64,000 nucleotides of DNA from Candidatus Limnocylindria bacterium (GTDB lineage Bacteria; Chloroflexota; Limnocylindria; QHBO01): assembly GCA_038250515.1 (NCBI GenBank), contig JBBSCG010000002.1, positions 4,825 through 68,824 on the forward strand. Reading direction: 5' to 3'. Positions within the stretch are counted from its first letter, which is position 1; each line of letters begins with the position of its first letter. The notes under the pieces are model-generated. The model was not told where the DNA came from. It saw only the letters and a program-made list of their open reading frames with translations, and made no database searches. Shown piece by piece: positions 30,546 to 39,941 of the stretch. The position numbers were made by a program, and so were the translations under genes.

Positions 30546-31646
30546 ATGCGTGCCACGGCTGCGGTTCCCGCCGCGCGAGCGTTCGTCGGCGGGCCATCGC
30601 TCACCAGGACGGCGATCGTGCTTGGCAGCGGCGGCCTGCTGCTGGCGGGCGTGCTCGTGGCGGCCGTGGCGCTGGGCAGCGTCGGGGTGAGCGTCGACGA
30701 CACCGCGCGGATCCTCGCGCATCGGCTGCTCGGCATCCCGCTGGCGCAGACCTGGAGCCCGAGCGCCGAGACGATCATCTTGGACCTGCGGCTGCCGCGC
30801 GTGCTGGCGGCCATGCTTGTCGGCGCCGGGCTCGCCAGCGCCGGCACGGTCTTCCAGGCGCTGCTGCGCAACCCGATGGCCGATCCGTACCTGATCGGCA
30901 CTGCCGCCGGGGCGTCGCTGGGCGCCATTGCCGGCATCCTCGCGCCGATGCTGCTGCCGGCACTGGTGCTGGGAGCGGGCACGGCATGGCTGGGTATCGG
31001 CCTCGTGCAGGTGCTGGCGTTCGTGGGTGGGCTGCTGACCGTGCTGCTGGTGTACAGCGTGGCGCGCAGCTCGGGTAGCGTTCCGGTCATCACCCTGCTG
31101 CTCACCGGCTACGCGGTCTCGTCGATCCTGGCCGCCGGCGTCGCGCTGCTCATGTTCCTCTCCGGGCGGGCGCTGGGTGCCATCTTCGCCTGGCTGATGG
31201 GCTCGCTGGCCGCCGCGTCCTGGGCTGACCTGGCGTTCGCGACGCCGCTGGTGCTCATCAGCTTCGTGCTGCTGCTGGCTCGATGGCGCCGCCTGAACCT
31301 GCTGCTGCTCGGCGATGGCCCGGCCGCACATCTCGGCGTCGACGTGGAGCGCGAGAAGCTGATCCTGACCGGCCTGGCCACGCTGGCCACATCCGCCGCC
31401 GTGGCGATTTCCGGCATGATCGGCTTCGTCGGCCTGGTCGTGCCGCACGTGCTGCGCCTGGCGATCGGACCCGATCATCGTCTGCTGCTGCCCGCCTCCG
31501 CGCTGTTCGGCGCTTCGCTGCTGGCGCTCGCCGATCTCGGCGCTCGGATGGCGGGCGGGATTCCGGTCGGGATCGTCACGGCATTGATCGGGGCGCCGTT
31601 CTTCCTGTGGCTGCTGCGCCGCTCCCGCACGAGGCTCGTCGCGTGA
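30546..31646 (+). CDS. FecCD/BtuC-family ABC permease
   Basis: ILDLRLPRVLAAMLVGAGLASAG, and C-terminal IPVGIVTALIGAPFFLWLL. Start at the ATG at 30546. Confidence 0.87.
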   Translation: MRATAAVPAARAFVGGPSLTRTAIVLGSGGLLLAGVLVAAVALGSVGVSVDDTARILAHRLLGIPLAQTWSPSAETIILDLRLPRVLAAMLVGAGLASAGTVFQALLRNPMADPYLIGTAAGASLGAIAGILAPMLLPALVLGAGTAWLGIGLVQVLAFVGGLLTVLLVYSVARSSGSVPVITLLLTGYAVSSILAAGVALLMFLSGRALGAIFAWLMGSLAAASWADLAFATPLVLISFVLLLARWRRLNLLLLGDGPAAHLGVDVEREKLILTGLATLATSAAVAISGMIGFVGLVVPHVLRLAIGPDHRLLLPASALFGASLLALADLGARMAGGIPVGIVTALIGAPFFLWLLRRSRTRLVA

Positions 31647-32422
31647 GCGCCCTCCTCGCGGCGCAGGATGTTCACTTTGCCTACGGCCAGCGGCCGGTGC
31701 TGCGTGGCGTCGATCTGACGATCGAACCGGGCGAGCTGGTGGCCCTGCTCGGTACCAACGGCAGCGGCAAGACGACCTTGCTGCGCCTCATCGCCGGCAC
31801 GTTGCGACCCGACGCCGGCGAGGTTCGCTTCGACGGACGATCCGTTGGCGATTGGCATCGTGACGCACTGGCGCGACGCGTGGCGGTCCTGCCGCAGCGG
31901 CTCGAGCTGCCGCCCGGCTTTCGCGTCGCCGAGCTGGTCGAGATGGGCCGCGCGCCGCACGCCACGCGGCTGTTCGGCACCACCGCCGCGGACGAGCTGG
32001 CGGTCGAGCGTGCGATGCTTGACGCGGATGCGCTGGAGCTGGCGCATCGGTCCATTGATGAGCTCTCGGGTGGCGAGCGTCAGCGCGTGCTGGTCGCCAT
32101 GGCCCTCGCGCAGGAGCCGGAGCTGCTGCTGCTCGACGAGCCGACGCTGCACCTTGATGTCGCTCACCAACTCGCGCTGCTGTCGACGATCAGCCGGCTG
32201 CGCCGCGTGCGTAACCTCACCGTACTTGCCGTGCTGCACGATCTGAGCATGGCCGCCGCCTTCGCGCCGCGCGTTGCCGTTCTCAACGACGGCCGGGTCG
32301 TGGCCGACGGTCCGCCGGTAAGCGTGCTGACGGCAGACCTCGTGGGTGCTGTATTCGGCGTCGCGATGGATGAGGCACGGACGGCAGACGGCCGCCGCCA
32401 CCTGGTGCTGCGGGCCGGCTAG
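31643..32422 (+). CDS. ABC transporter ATP-binding protein (BtuD/FepC-like)
   Basis: Walker A GTNGSGKTT, signature LSGGERQR, Walker B LLLLDEP. The GTG start overlaps the permease stop. Confidence 0.88.
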   Translation: MSALLAAQDVHFAYGQRPVLRGVDLTIEPGELVALLGTNGSGKTTLLRLIAGTLRPDAGEVRFDGRSVGDWHRDALARRVAVLPQRLELPPGFRVAELVEMGRAPHATRLFGTTAADELAVERAMLDADALELAHRSIDELSGGERQRVLVAMALAQEPELLLLDEPTLHLDVAHQLALLSTISRLRRVRNLTVLAVLHDLSMAAAFAPRVAVLNDGRVVADGPPVSVLTADLVGAVFGVAMDEARTADGRRHLVLRAG

Positions 32423-32425
32423 GGC

Positions 32426-33700
32426 TCAGGCCTTGGCATCGCCCGACTGCGGTGGCTCTTCGACGTCCAGTTGCAGCTCCTCACTGCCATCGGGCCGCAG
32501 CGATCGGTGGACGTGGATCGAGGGGTGCGTCTCGTCGCCGACCTGCTCCTTCTCGACGCGCACCATGGTGTGATCCAGCACGTCCTCGAGGCGCTCGCGT
32601 TCGGGCAGCGACGCATTGGGAACGGCGGATTCGAGCATGTAGTTGACGAAGACGTTGAGCACTGCGATGACCGGGATGCCGAAGAGCGCGCCCCACACGC
32701 CGGCCACCTGCGCGCCGACCAGCAGGGCGACCAGGACCAGGATCGGGTGCATGCCCAGCGCGTCCCGCATCAGGCGCGGCTGGAGCCAGTTGACCACCAC
32801 GGTCTGGACGGCGATCAGCACGAAGGCGATGACCAGGAACCAGTTCGGCACATAGATCCAGGCCGCGACGATCGGTGGGATGAGCGCCAGCGGCGGCCCG
32901 AAGAATGGGATCAGCATGGCCAGCGCCGATAACGTCCCGACCAGGAACAGGTAGGGCATGTGGAAGAGCGTGCCGATCACCGCCACGAGCAGCGCCTGCA
33001 CGATGGCCAGGATGAGCTGTGCGCGTAGGAAGCCACCGAAGGCGCGCGCGACGCTGCGCTCGAACATGCTCAGCTCGTCGGCGTAGCGGCGTGGAACGAG
33101 CCGGCTGATCCTCGCCAGGATCCGTCTGCTGTCCATCAGCATGTAGAGCGACAGGATGAGGATCAGGCCGAGCGAGCCGAGCGTGGCAATCGTCACTCCG
33201 GCGATCGCCTGCGCCTGGCTGAAGATCGCCTCGCCGATGTTGCTGGCCTGCGCCTGTGCGGACTGGTAGAGCTGCACCAGGTCAATCCCGAGGCGACCGA
33301 GCTGCATCGACTGCTGCCAGTCGGCCAGCGTGTTCTCGATTCGAACGCTCGTCTGCGGGAAGGTATCGGCCAGCTGAGAGCCCTGCTGCGTGATCGCGGC
33401 GCCGGTGTAGAAAACGGCGAAGCCGAGGGCCACCAGCGTCACCGCGTAGGTGAGTGCCACCACCGCGGGACGCGGGATTGGCAGGACCTCGTCGAGGAGG
33501 CGGACCACCGGCGACAGAACGAAGGCGAGCAGCCAGGCGAGGAACAGGACCAGGAAGATCTGGCTGAAGCCGCCGAGCACCTCGAGCAAGACGCGCAGCA
33601 GCAGCAGCCCGACGTAGGCCGACCCCAGGATCAGGAAGATGAGCAGCCAGCGCCGCTCACGCGAGCCGAGGCCGCCGAGCAGCGTCGGATCGCGGGCCAT
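32426..33700 (-). CDS. AI-2E family transporter (PerM/UPF0118)
   Basis: Multi-pass membrane protein with a conserved C-terminal region (GLHPILVLVALLVGAQVAGVWGALFGIPV). Confidence 0.85.
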   Translation of the reverse strand: MARDPTLLGGLGSRERRWLLIFLILGSAYVGLLLLRVLLEVLGGFSQIFLVLFLAWLLAFVLSPVVRLLDEVLPIPRPAVVALTYAVTLVALGFAVFYTGAAITQQGSQLADTFPQTSVRIENTLADWQQSMQLGRLGIDLVQLYQSAQAQASNIGEAIFSQAQAIAGVTIATLGSLGLILILSLYMLMDSRRILARISRLVPRRYADELSMFERSVARAFGGFLRAQLILAIVQALLVAVIGTLFHMPYLFLVGTLSALAMLIPFFGPPLALIPPIVAAWIYVPNWFLVIAFVLIAVQTVVVNWLQPRLMRDALGMHPILVLVALLVGAQVAGVWGALFGIPVIAVLNVFVNYMLESAVPNASLPERERLEDVLDHTMVRVEKEQVGDETHPSIHVHRSLRPDGSEELQLDVEEPPQSGDAKA

Positions 33701-34716
33701 CAGCGCGGCCCGATGCCCACTGCGTCGCGCACCTGACGCATCGTTTCGACCAGGATCGGCTGGACCTTGGCGGCACCCGCCGCGAGCACCTCCTCAACGA
33801 CCCCCGGCGTGGACGCCAGCTCGGCACGACGCTCACGCATCGGCGCGAAGAAGGCGATGATCCGCTCGGCGAGCAGCTGCTTGGTGTCGACGCAGCCGGT
33901 CCGCGCGGTCCGCTCCCCATCCTGGATCTGGAGGTAGTCGCCGCCGAAGAAGCGATGCAGCTGGCAGACGTTGCAGATCTCTGGGCGGCCCGGGTCTGTG
34001 CGCTTGATGCGCAGCGGGTCGGTGACCATGCGCATCACCAGGCGGCGGATCTCATCGGGCTCGGCGAAGATTGGAATGGTGTTGCCCGCCGACTTGCTCA
34101 TCTTGCTGGCGCCATCGATACCGAGCACCACGGGCGCATCGGTATAGACCGCCTGCGGTTCCGGGAAAAGGCTGCCGTAGCGGCGGTTGAAGGCGCGCGC
34201 GATCTCGCGCGACAGCTCCAGGTGCGCCGCCTGGTCCTTGCCGACCGGCACGCGGCTGGCCTTGTAGATCACGATGTCGGCGGCCTGCAGCACCGGGTAG
34301 TCGAGCAGACCCATGCTGTTCTCGACGCCCTGCTGGCGCTTCTCCTTGTAGGTTGGGGTGCGCTCCAGCCAGCTGACCGGCACGACCGTATTGAGAATCC
34401 AGCACAGCTCAGCGTGCTCGGTCATGTCCGATTGGCGAATCAGCGCACACTTGTTGGGGTCGAGGCCGACGGCGAGCAGGTCGAGCACCATCTCGTGCGT
34501 CAGGCGGCGGAGCTCCGCGCCATCGTGCACGGTCGTCAGGGCGTGGTAGTCGACGATCGCGTAGATCGCGTCGAAATGCTCCTGCATCGCGACGTAGTTG
34601 GCCTGTGCGCCGAGGTAGTTGCCGAGGTGCGAGGCGCCCGACGGCTGAATGCCGCTGAAGACGCGGTCGCGCGTGCCCTCCATGGCGGCGGCCGGCTGTT
34701 CCATGGTCTGGCTCAT
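33700..34716 (-). CDS. trpS: tryptophan--tRNA ligase
   Basis: FSGIQPSGASHLGNYLG (HIGH-type motif) and KMSKS. Start set to MSQTMEQ at 34716. The stop overlaps the downstream start (TGATG). Confidence 0.92.
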   Translation of the reverse strand: MSQTMEQPAAAMEGTRDRVFSGIQPSGASHLGNYLGAQANYVAMQEHFDAIYAIVDYHALTTVHDGAELRRLTHEMVLDLLAVGLDPNKCALIRQSDMTEHAELCWILNTVVPVSWLERTPTYKEKRQQGVENSMGLLDYPVLQAADIVIYKASRVPVGKDQAAHLELSREIARAFNRRYGSLFPEPQAVYTDAPVVLGIDGASKMSKSAGNTIPIFAEPDEIRRLVMRMVTDPLRIKRTDPGRPEICNVCQLHRFFGGDYLQIQDGERTARTGCVDTKQLLAERIIAFFAPMRERRAELASTPGVVEEVLAAGAAKVQPILVETMRQVRDAVGIGPR

Positions 34717-34787
34717 CAGGACGGCGAGTGTAGCGCACCCATCTTCCAGACCGATGCGCCCGCGTGGGCGGGCGGTAGAATCGGCGC

Positions 34788-35576
34788 GTGACCGACTGGA
34801 ACGCGGCCGCCGATCCGGCACGGCGGATCGGGCATGCCGTGGAAGCTCACGCCGAGATCGGCTCGACCAACGATCGTGCGCGGCTGGCGCTCGATGAGCC
34901 AGGCGGCGAGGGCCGCGCCATTCTGGCGGAGCTGCAGGTCGCTGGCCGTGGGCGGCGAGGACGAACCTGGCAATCGCCGGCGGGCCTGAACCTGACGGTC
35001 AGCGTGGCGGTTCGACCACGGCTGCGTGCCGCCGCGGCCGGCCTGCTCGGCGCGGCGGCGGCGCTGGCCGTGCGCACCGCCTGCCTGCCCCATGCCGAGC
35101 TCGCCATCAAGTGGCCGAACGACCTGGTCGACGCCGACGGCCGCAAGGTCGCCGGGCTGCTGCTCGAGACGGCGCTGGTTGAGGAGCGCGTCGCCCATGC
35201 CGTGATCGGCGTGGGCATCAATGTCAACTGGCGGCGCGAGGCGATGCCGACGGAATTCGCGGCGTCGGCCGTATCCCTGGCCGATCTTGCCCGTCACGAG
35301 GTCGATCGAGTCGCGCTGCTGGGCCGCTTGCTCGGCGCACTCGATGAAGAGGTCACCGCGCTCGAGCGCGGTGAGTCGTCGATCGACCGCTACCGCGCCG
35401 CAGCCTGGCTGGATGGAAGAACGGTCGTCGTCAGCCTCGGCGACAGGGAGGTGGAAGGCGTCGTCCTTGGCATGAACGACCAGGGCTCGCTCATGATCGA
35501 GACCGATGGCGGCCGGCTCAGCCTGACGATCGGCGAGGTCGTGCACGTGCGCCAGACGGCCGCGGTGGTCGCGTGA
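34788..35576 (+). CDS. birA: biotin--[acetyl-CoA-carboxylase] ligase
   Basis: ELQVAGRGRRGRTWQSP (GRGRxGR motif) and KWPNDL. Confidence 0.88.
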   Translation: MTDWNAAADPARRIGHAVEAHAEIGSTNDRARLALDEPGGEGRAILAELQVAGRGRRGRTWQSPAGLNLTVSVAVRPRLRAAAAGLLGAAAALAVRTACLPHAELAIKWPNDLVDADGRKVAGLLLETALVEERVAHAVIGVGINVNWRREAMPTEFAASAVSLADLARHEVDRVALLGRLLGALDEEVTALERGESSIDRYRAAAWLDGRTVVVSLGDREVEGVVLGMNDQGSLMIETDGGRLSLTIGEVVHVRQTAAVVA

Positions 35577-36148
35577 CGGCTCAGTGGCGGTCGGCGGACG
35601 GTGAGCGCGATCCCGACCTGCCGGCCGTACGGGCCGCGCAGGCGGATCGCGCCGCGTTCGATGTGCTGTACCGACGTTACCTGCGCCGCGTGTACGGCTA
35701 TGCCTTCTACCAGTTGGGCGATCATCACGACGCCGAGGACGCGACCGAGCGAACGTTCCTGAGCGCGCTGCGGGCCATCGGCCGCTATCGCGACCAGGGC
35801 TCGACCTTCCGGGCGTGGCTCTTCCGCATCGCGCACAACTGCGTGGCGAACGTGCATCGCACGCGGTCGCGGGGTCGCACCGAGCCGCTTCCCGCGGAGC
35901 CGGCGTGGGCCGCGCCGAACGCGGATCCGGCGAGACTGGTGCATCGGGCCGATGAGCTGCACGACGTGATGCGTGCCGTGGCCACGCTGCCCGACGACCG
36001 ACGCCAGGTGATCCTGCTGCGCTTCGTGGACGGATTGTCGACAGCCGAGATCGGCGAGGTGCTGGACCGGTCGCCGGGCGCCGTGCGCGTACTGCAACAT
36101 CGGGCACTGCGCGATCTTGCGGCGCGGCTCGGTCGCGGCGAGGACTGA
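35573..36148 (+). CDS. ECF-type RNA polymerase sigma factor
   Basis: Region 2 (YGYAFYQLGDHHDAEDATERTF, FRAWLFRIAHN) and region 4 (LSTAEIGEVLDRSPGAVRVLQHRAL). Confidence 0.87.
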   Translation: MTAQWRSADGERDPDLPAVRAAQADRAAFDVLYRRYLRRVYGYAFYQLGDHHDAEDATERTFLSALRAIGRYRDQGSTFRAWLFRIAHNCVANVHRTRSRGRTEPLPAEPAWAAPNADPARLVHRADELHDVMRAVATLPDDRRQVILLRFVDGLSTAEIGEVLDRSPGAVRVLQHRALRDLAARLGRGED

Positions 36149-36181
36149 GCCTGGGGTGTAACACCGCGCCTTCGCCGGTGT

Positions 36182-36544
36182 TTGGATAGGATGAACGTTT
36201 CTGATTGCCTTATCCCGTGCGCCGAGGACCAGATGCCCACTCCCGCCGAACGCCTTGATGCCGCCGTCGACGCGCTGCTCGCCGGTGAGCCGCGGCATGG
36301 TGGTGGGCTGGTCGAGCTGGCGCGCCTGGTGCACGACGCGCTGCCCCCGGTGCCCGCCGGCGTTCGCTTCGAGCAGGCGCTTCGTCGCCGCCTGACCGGC
36401 AGGTCGCGGGTCGCCTGGGCACAGCTCACCCCGAGCCGCCTCATCGCGGCCGGCGCGGTCTCAAGTGCCGCGGCCGGCTTCACCGCCCTCGCCCTGTGGC
36501 GCACCTCGCGACGGCAGCCGGCACACCGGCTGTGGCATCGGTAG
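36182..36544 (+). CDS. possible membrane-anchored anti-sigma factor
   Basis: Position after the ECF sigma gene, with a single TM segment (LIAAGAVSSAAAGFTALAL). No family motif recognised. Confidence 0.4.
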   Translation: MDRMNVSDCLIPCAEDQMPTPAERLDAAVDALLAGEPRHGGGLVELARLVHDALPPVPAGVRFEQALRRRLTGRSRVAWAQLTPSRLIAAGAVSSAAAGFTALALWRTSRRQPAHRLWHR

Positions 36545-36554
36545 GGAGGTCCGA

Positions 36555-37556
36555 TTGCCGATCAAGTTCCCCTTCAGCCGAAGACGACCGGGACCCACCG
36601 ATGCCTGGACGAAGTGCCCCGATTGCGAGCAGCAGGTCTTCAACAAGCAGCTCGAGCGCAACCTGCGGGTGTGCCCCACCTGCGGGCATCACTTCCGGAT
36701 GTCTGTCGGCGAGCGGATCGATCTGCTGGTCGACGAGGGCAGCTTCACGGAGCGTGACGCCGGGCTCGAATCGGTCGATCCGCTTGGCTTCCACGACCAG
36801 AAGCCGTACCCGGACCGCATCGAGGCCGCGAAGCTCAAGACCGGGCTGCGAGAGGCGGCGGTGTGGGGCACCGGCAGCATCGACGGGAAGCGCGTCGCCA
36901 TGGGCCTGTTCGACTTCCGCTTCATGGGTGGATCCATGGGCAGCGTGGTCGGCGAGAAGGTGGCTCGCTGCTTCGAGGCGGCCCTGATTGAGCGCATCCC
37001 GGCGATCATCGTCAGCGCGTCCGGCGGCGCGCGCATGCAGGAAGGGACGCTCTCCCTTCTGCAGCTGGCCAAGACGACGGCGCCGCTGACCCGACTGGAC
37101 GCGGCCGGCGTCCCATTCATCAGCGTCCTGACCGATCCCACCACCGGCGGTGTCCTGGCGAGCTTCGCCAGCCTGGGCGACGTGATCATCGCCGAGCCGA
37201 AGGCCTTGATCGGTTTTGCCGGCGCGCGCGTCGCCAGCGGCACGGTCGGCGAGGAGCTGCCCACCGGATTCCAGAGCGCCGAGTTCGTGCTCGATCACGG
37301 CCTGATAGACATGGTCGTTCCGCGCGCTGAACTGCGGGCGACGCTGGTCAGCCTGCTCAGGCTGCTGCCTCCGGCTGCGGTCGAGGACGGCTGGCAGGCC
37401 GATGACGAGCACGGCTGGGGCCCGATCGGCGTGCTCTCCGGGCTGGCCGAGAAGCTGGGCGGCGCGGTCTCAGAGACCGTCGGCCTCGATTCCGAGGCGG
37501 AATCCGGCAACGGTCATGCGCCGGCGCGGGCGCGAGCCACCGAGCGCGAGCGATGA
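36555..37556 (+). CDS. accD: acetyl-CoA carboxylase carboxyltransferase beta subunit
   Basis: Zn ribbon CPDCEQQ...CPTCGHH and GGSMGSVVGEK. TTG start at 36555, 7 nt after GGGAGG. Confidence 0.92.
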   Translation: MPIKFPFSRRRPGPTDAWTKCPDCEQQVFNKQLERNLRVCPTCGHHFRMSVGERIDLLVDEGSFTERDAGLESVDPLGFHDQKPYPDRIEAAKLKTGLREAAVWGTGSIDGKRVAMGLFDFRFMGGSMGSVVGEKVARCFEAALIERIPAIIVSASGGARMQEGTLSLLQLAKTTAPLTRLDAAGVPFISVLTDPTTGGVLASFASLGDVIIAEPKALIGFAGARVASGTVGEELPTGFQSAEFVLDHGLIDMVVPRAELRATLVSLLRLLPPAAVEDGWQADDEHGWGPIGVLSGLAEKLGGAVSETVGLDSEAESGNGHAPARARATERER

Positions 37557-38545
37557 CCGAGCTGTTGTCCGGGGCAAGCGCGCCGACGGCGGAGCAGGCG
37601 GACGCCGCCTGGCAGCGGGTCCAGGTTGCGCGCCACCCGGATCGGCCGCGGAGCCTGGACCTGATCGGCCGGATCTTCGACGACTTCGTCGAGCTGCACG
37701 GGGACCGTGCGTTCCGTGACGACCCGGCGATCGTCGGCGGTCCGGCGCTGCTCGAAGGCCGCCCGGTGATGGTCATCGGCCATCAGAAGGGCAGCGACAC
37801 CGACTCGAATATCTTCCGTAACTTCGGCTCACCGTATCCCGAGGGCTTCCGCAAGGCACAGCGCCTCATGCGCCTGGCCGACAAACTGGGCGTGCCGCTG
37901 ATCACCTTCCTCGACACCGCCGGTGCGTTTCCCGGTCCGGCCGCCGAAGAGCGGGGCCAGGCGGAGGCGATCGCCTCGTCGATCAAGCTGATGACCGGCC
38001 TGCAGGTTCCGATCGTCGCCGTGGTGCTGGGCGAGGGCGGCTCCGGCGGCGCGCTGGCGATCGGCGTTGGCGACGAGGTGCTGGCGCTGGAGAACAGCGT
38101 GTATTCGGTGATCTCGCCGGAGGGCTGCGCCTCGATCCTGTGGCGTGCCCCTGAGGCCGCTCCGGCTGCGGCCGCCGCGATGCGCATGACGGCTGACGAC
38201 CAACGCGAGCTGGGAATCGTGGACCGCATCGTGGAAGAGCCGGGCGAGGGAGCGCACACCGACCATGAGGCGACCGCTCGCTCGATCAAGGCCGCGCTGT
38301 TGGCATCGCTGTCACGCATCACCCGCCTCGACACCGAGTCGCTGCTCGCGACGCGCTATGCTCGGCTGCGAGGCATCGGGCCTTTCCGTGAGACCGATGT
38401 TCAGACGCCCATCAGCGCTGAGCCGCCGTCGCTGCGGCGCCGCATTGGGCGCCTGCTGCACCTGCCGGGCGTTCCGCGCCGTCCGCGTTGGAGCGAGATC
38501 TGGCCGAGCGGCGATGACTCGAACGAGACCGAAGGAGGCGCATGA
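37553..38545 (+). CDS. accA: acetyl-CoA carboxylase carboxyltransferase alpha subunit
   Basis: RHPDRP, FLDTAGAFPG, GEGGSGGALA. Confidence 0.92.
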   Translation: MTELLSGASAPTAEQADAAWQRVQVARHPDRPRSLDLIGRIFDDFVELHGDRAFRDDPAIVGGPALLEGRPVMVIGHQKGSDTDSNIFRNFGSPYPEGFRKAQRLMRLADKLGVPLITFLDTAGAFPGPAAEERGQAEAIASSIKLMTGLQVPIVAVVLGEGGSGGALAIGVGDEVLALENSVYSVISPEGCASILWRAPEAAPAAAAAMRMTADDQRELGIVDRIVEEPGEGAHTDHEATARSIKAALLASLSRITRLDTESLLATRYARLRGIGPFRETDVQTPISAEPPSLRRRIGRLLHLPGVPRRPRWSEIWPSGDDSNETEGGA

Positions 38546-38994
38546 GCGAAGCGAACGCGGATTTGGAGCAGATCCAGCGAGCGGCCGCCGAGCTCATCCC
38601 GGAGCTTACCGCGCGCCTGGTGCGGGAGGGCATCGGCGAGATCGAGGTGCGCTCCGGCGAGCTGCACGTGCGCGTTTCCGGCGCTCCGGTCGCGGCGACG
38701 CAGGCCTTCGCTTCCATGCCGGACCCGGTCGTCTCCGTGCATCCAACGTCGAGTGTGCCCAACGGTCCGCACGGGGTCCCGTCGCCCGCCGTCGGCTACT
38801 TCGTCTACGGCGAGGGCCTGGGCCCAGGCCTGGCGGTCGAGAAGGGTGACGCGCTCGGATTTGTCGAGGTGTTGGGGGTTCGTCACGATGTCCGCGCACC
38901 GCGTCGTGGCACTGTGTGCAACCTGGTGACCGAGACGGGCGAGGCGGTCGAATACGGCCAGACGCTCCTCGAGCTCGAGGCGGCGGACGCATGA
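38542..38994 (+). CDS. BCCP-like biotinyl-domain protein lacking the biotin-accepting lysine
   Basis: The C-terminal 70 aa align with the true AccB of this window, but EAMKL is replaced by EVLGV (38866-38880). Confidence 0.7.
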   Translation: MSEANADLEQIQRAAAELIPELTARLVREGIGEIEVRSGELHVRVSGAPVAATQAFASMPDPVVSVHPTSSVPNGPHGVPSPAVGYFVYGEGLGPGLAVEKGDALGFVEVLGVRHDVRAPRRGTVCNLVTETGEAVEYGQTLLELEAADA

Positions 38995-39941
38995 GCCTGG
39001 CACTCGTGTTCTCACCGCAGGGATCGCAATGGGTGGGCATGGGGCGCGACCTGGCCGCCCAATCGCATGCAGCGCGCGAGGTCTTCGCAGAGGCGGATGC
39101 GACTCTCGGCTGGTCGGCCTCCACGCTGGCATGGGAGGGACCCGAGGAGCGCCTCAACGACACGCGCCAGACGCAGCCGTGCCTGGTCGCGACCTCGTTC
39201 GCCTGCCTGGCCGCCCTGCGCGAGGCTGACCCGAGCCTCACGCCGGCGTTCGTGGCCGGCCATTCGGTGGGAGAGTATGCGGCGCTGGTGGCCGCCGACG
39301 TCCTGTCGCTGCCCGATGCATTGCGCCTCGTGGCGCGTCGTGGCGCGCTGATGGCCGAGGCCGGCGATGGTGGCATGCTGGCGGTGATCGGGCTTTCGCG
39401 CGAGGCCGTGGCCGACGCGATTGCGCGGATCGGCACATCGGACCAGGTGATCGTGGCCAACGACAACGCCCCGGGGCAGGTCGTCGTCAGCGGCCGGCCG
39501 GCCGCACTCGACGAGGCGGTCCACGCGCTGCGCGCCGCCGGTGCGAAGCGGGTGATCACGCTGCGCGTCAGCGGACCGTTCCACTCACCGGCGATGCGGC
39601 CGGTGGGCACTGAGCTGGAACACGCTTTTGGCGAAGCCACGTGGCACGACGCAACGACGCCGCTCATCAGCAACGTGACGGCGGAGCCGGTGACCGACGC
39701 GACCAAGCTGCGCAGTCTCCTGGCACGGCAGGTCAGTTCGCCGGTGGAATGGATGGCATCGGTCCGGCGCATGCGCGACGAGGGCGTCGACACGTTCGTG
39801 GAATGCGGCCCCGGAAGCGCGCTCACCGGCATGATCAAACGCATCGCGCCGCAGGCGCGCACGCTGAACGTCAGCGATCGCGCGACGCTGGTCGCGACCG
39901 TCGAGGCACTGCAACCGCAGACGGCGGACGCATCGGTCTGA
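38991..39941 (+). CDS. fabD: malonyl-CoA:ACP transacylase
   Basis: FSPQGSQWVGMG, GHSVGEYAAL, and a SGPFHSP-type motif. Confidence 0.92.
   Translation: MSLALVFSPQGSQWVGMGRDLAAQSHAAREVFAEADATLGWSASTLAWEGPEERLNDTRQTQPCLVATSFACLAALREADPSLTPAFVAGHSVGEYAALVAADVLSLPDALRLVARRGALMAEAGDGGMLAVIGLSREAVADAIARIGTSDQVIVANDNAPGQVVVSGRPAALDEAVHALRAAGAKRVITLRVSGPFHSPAMRPVGTELEHAFGEATWHDATTPLISNVTAEPVTDATKLRSLLARQVSSPVEWMASVRRMRDEGVDTFVECGPGSALTGMIKRIAPQARTLNVSDRATLVATVEALQPQTADASV

Noticed and set aside
29501-31105. 534-aa ORF on the minus strand
   Set aside because: Antisense to the btuF-like and permease genes, which are supported by a riboswitch, a lipobox and ABC motifs.
34716-36164. 482-aa Arg/Pro-rich ORF on the minus strand
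   Set aside because: Antisense to birA and the ECF sigma gene. Low-complexity composition and no motifs.
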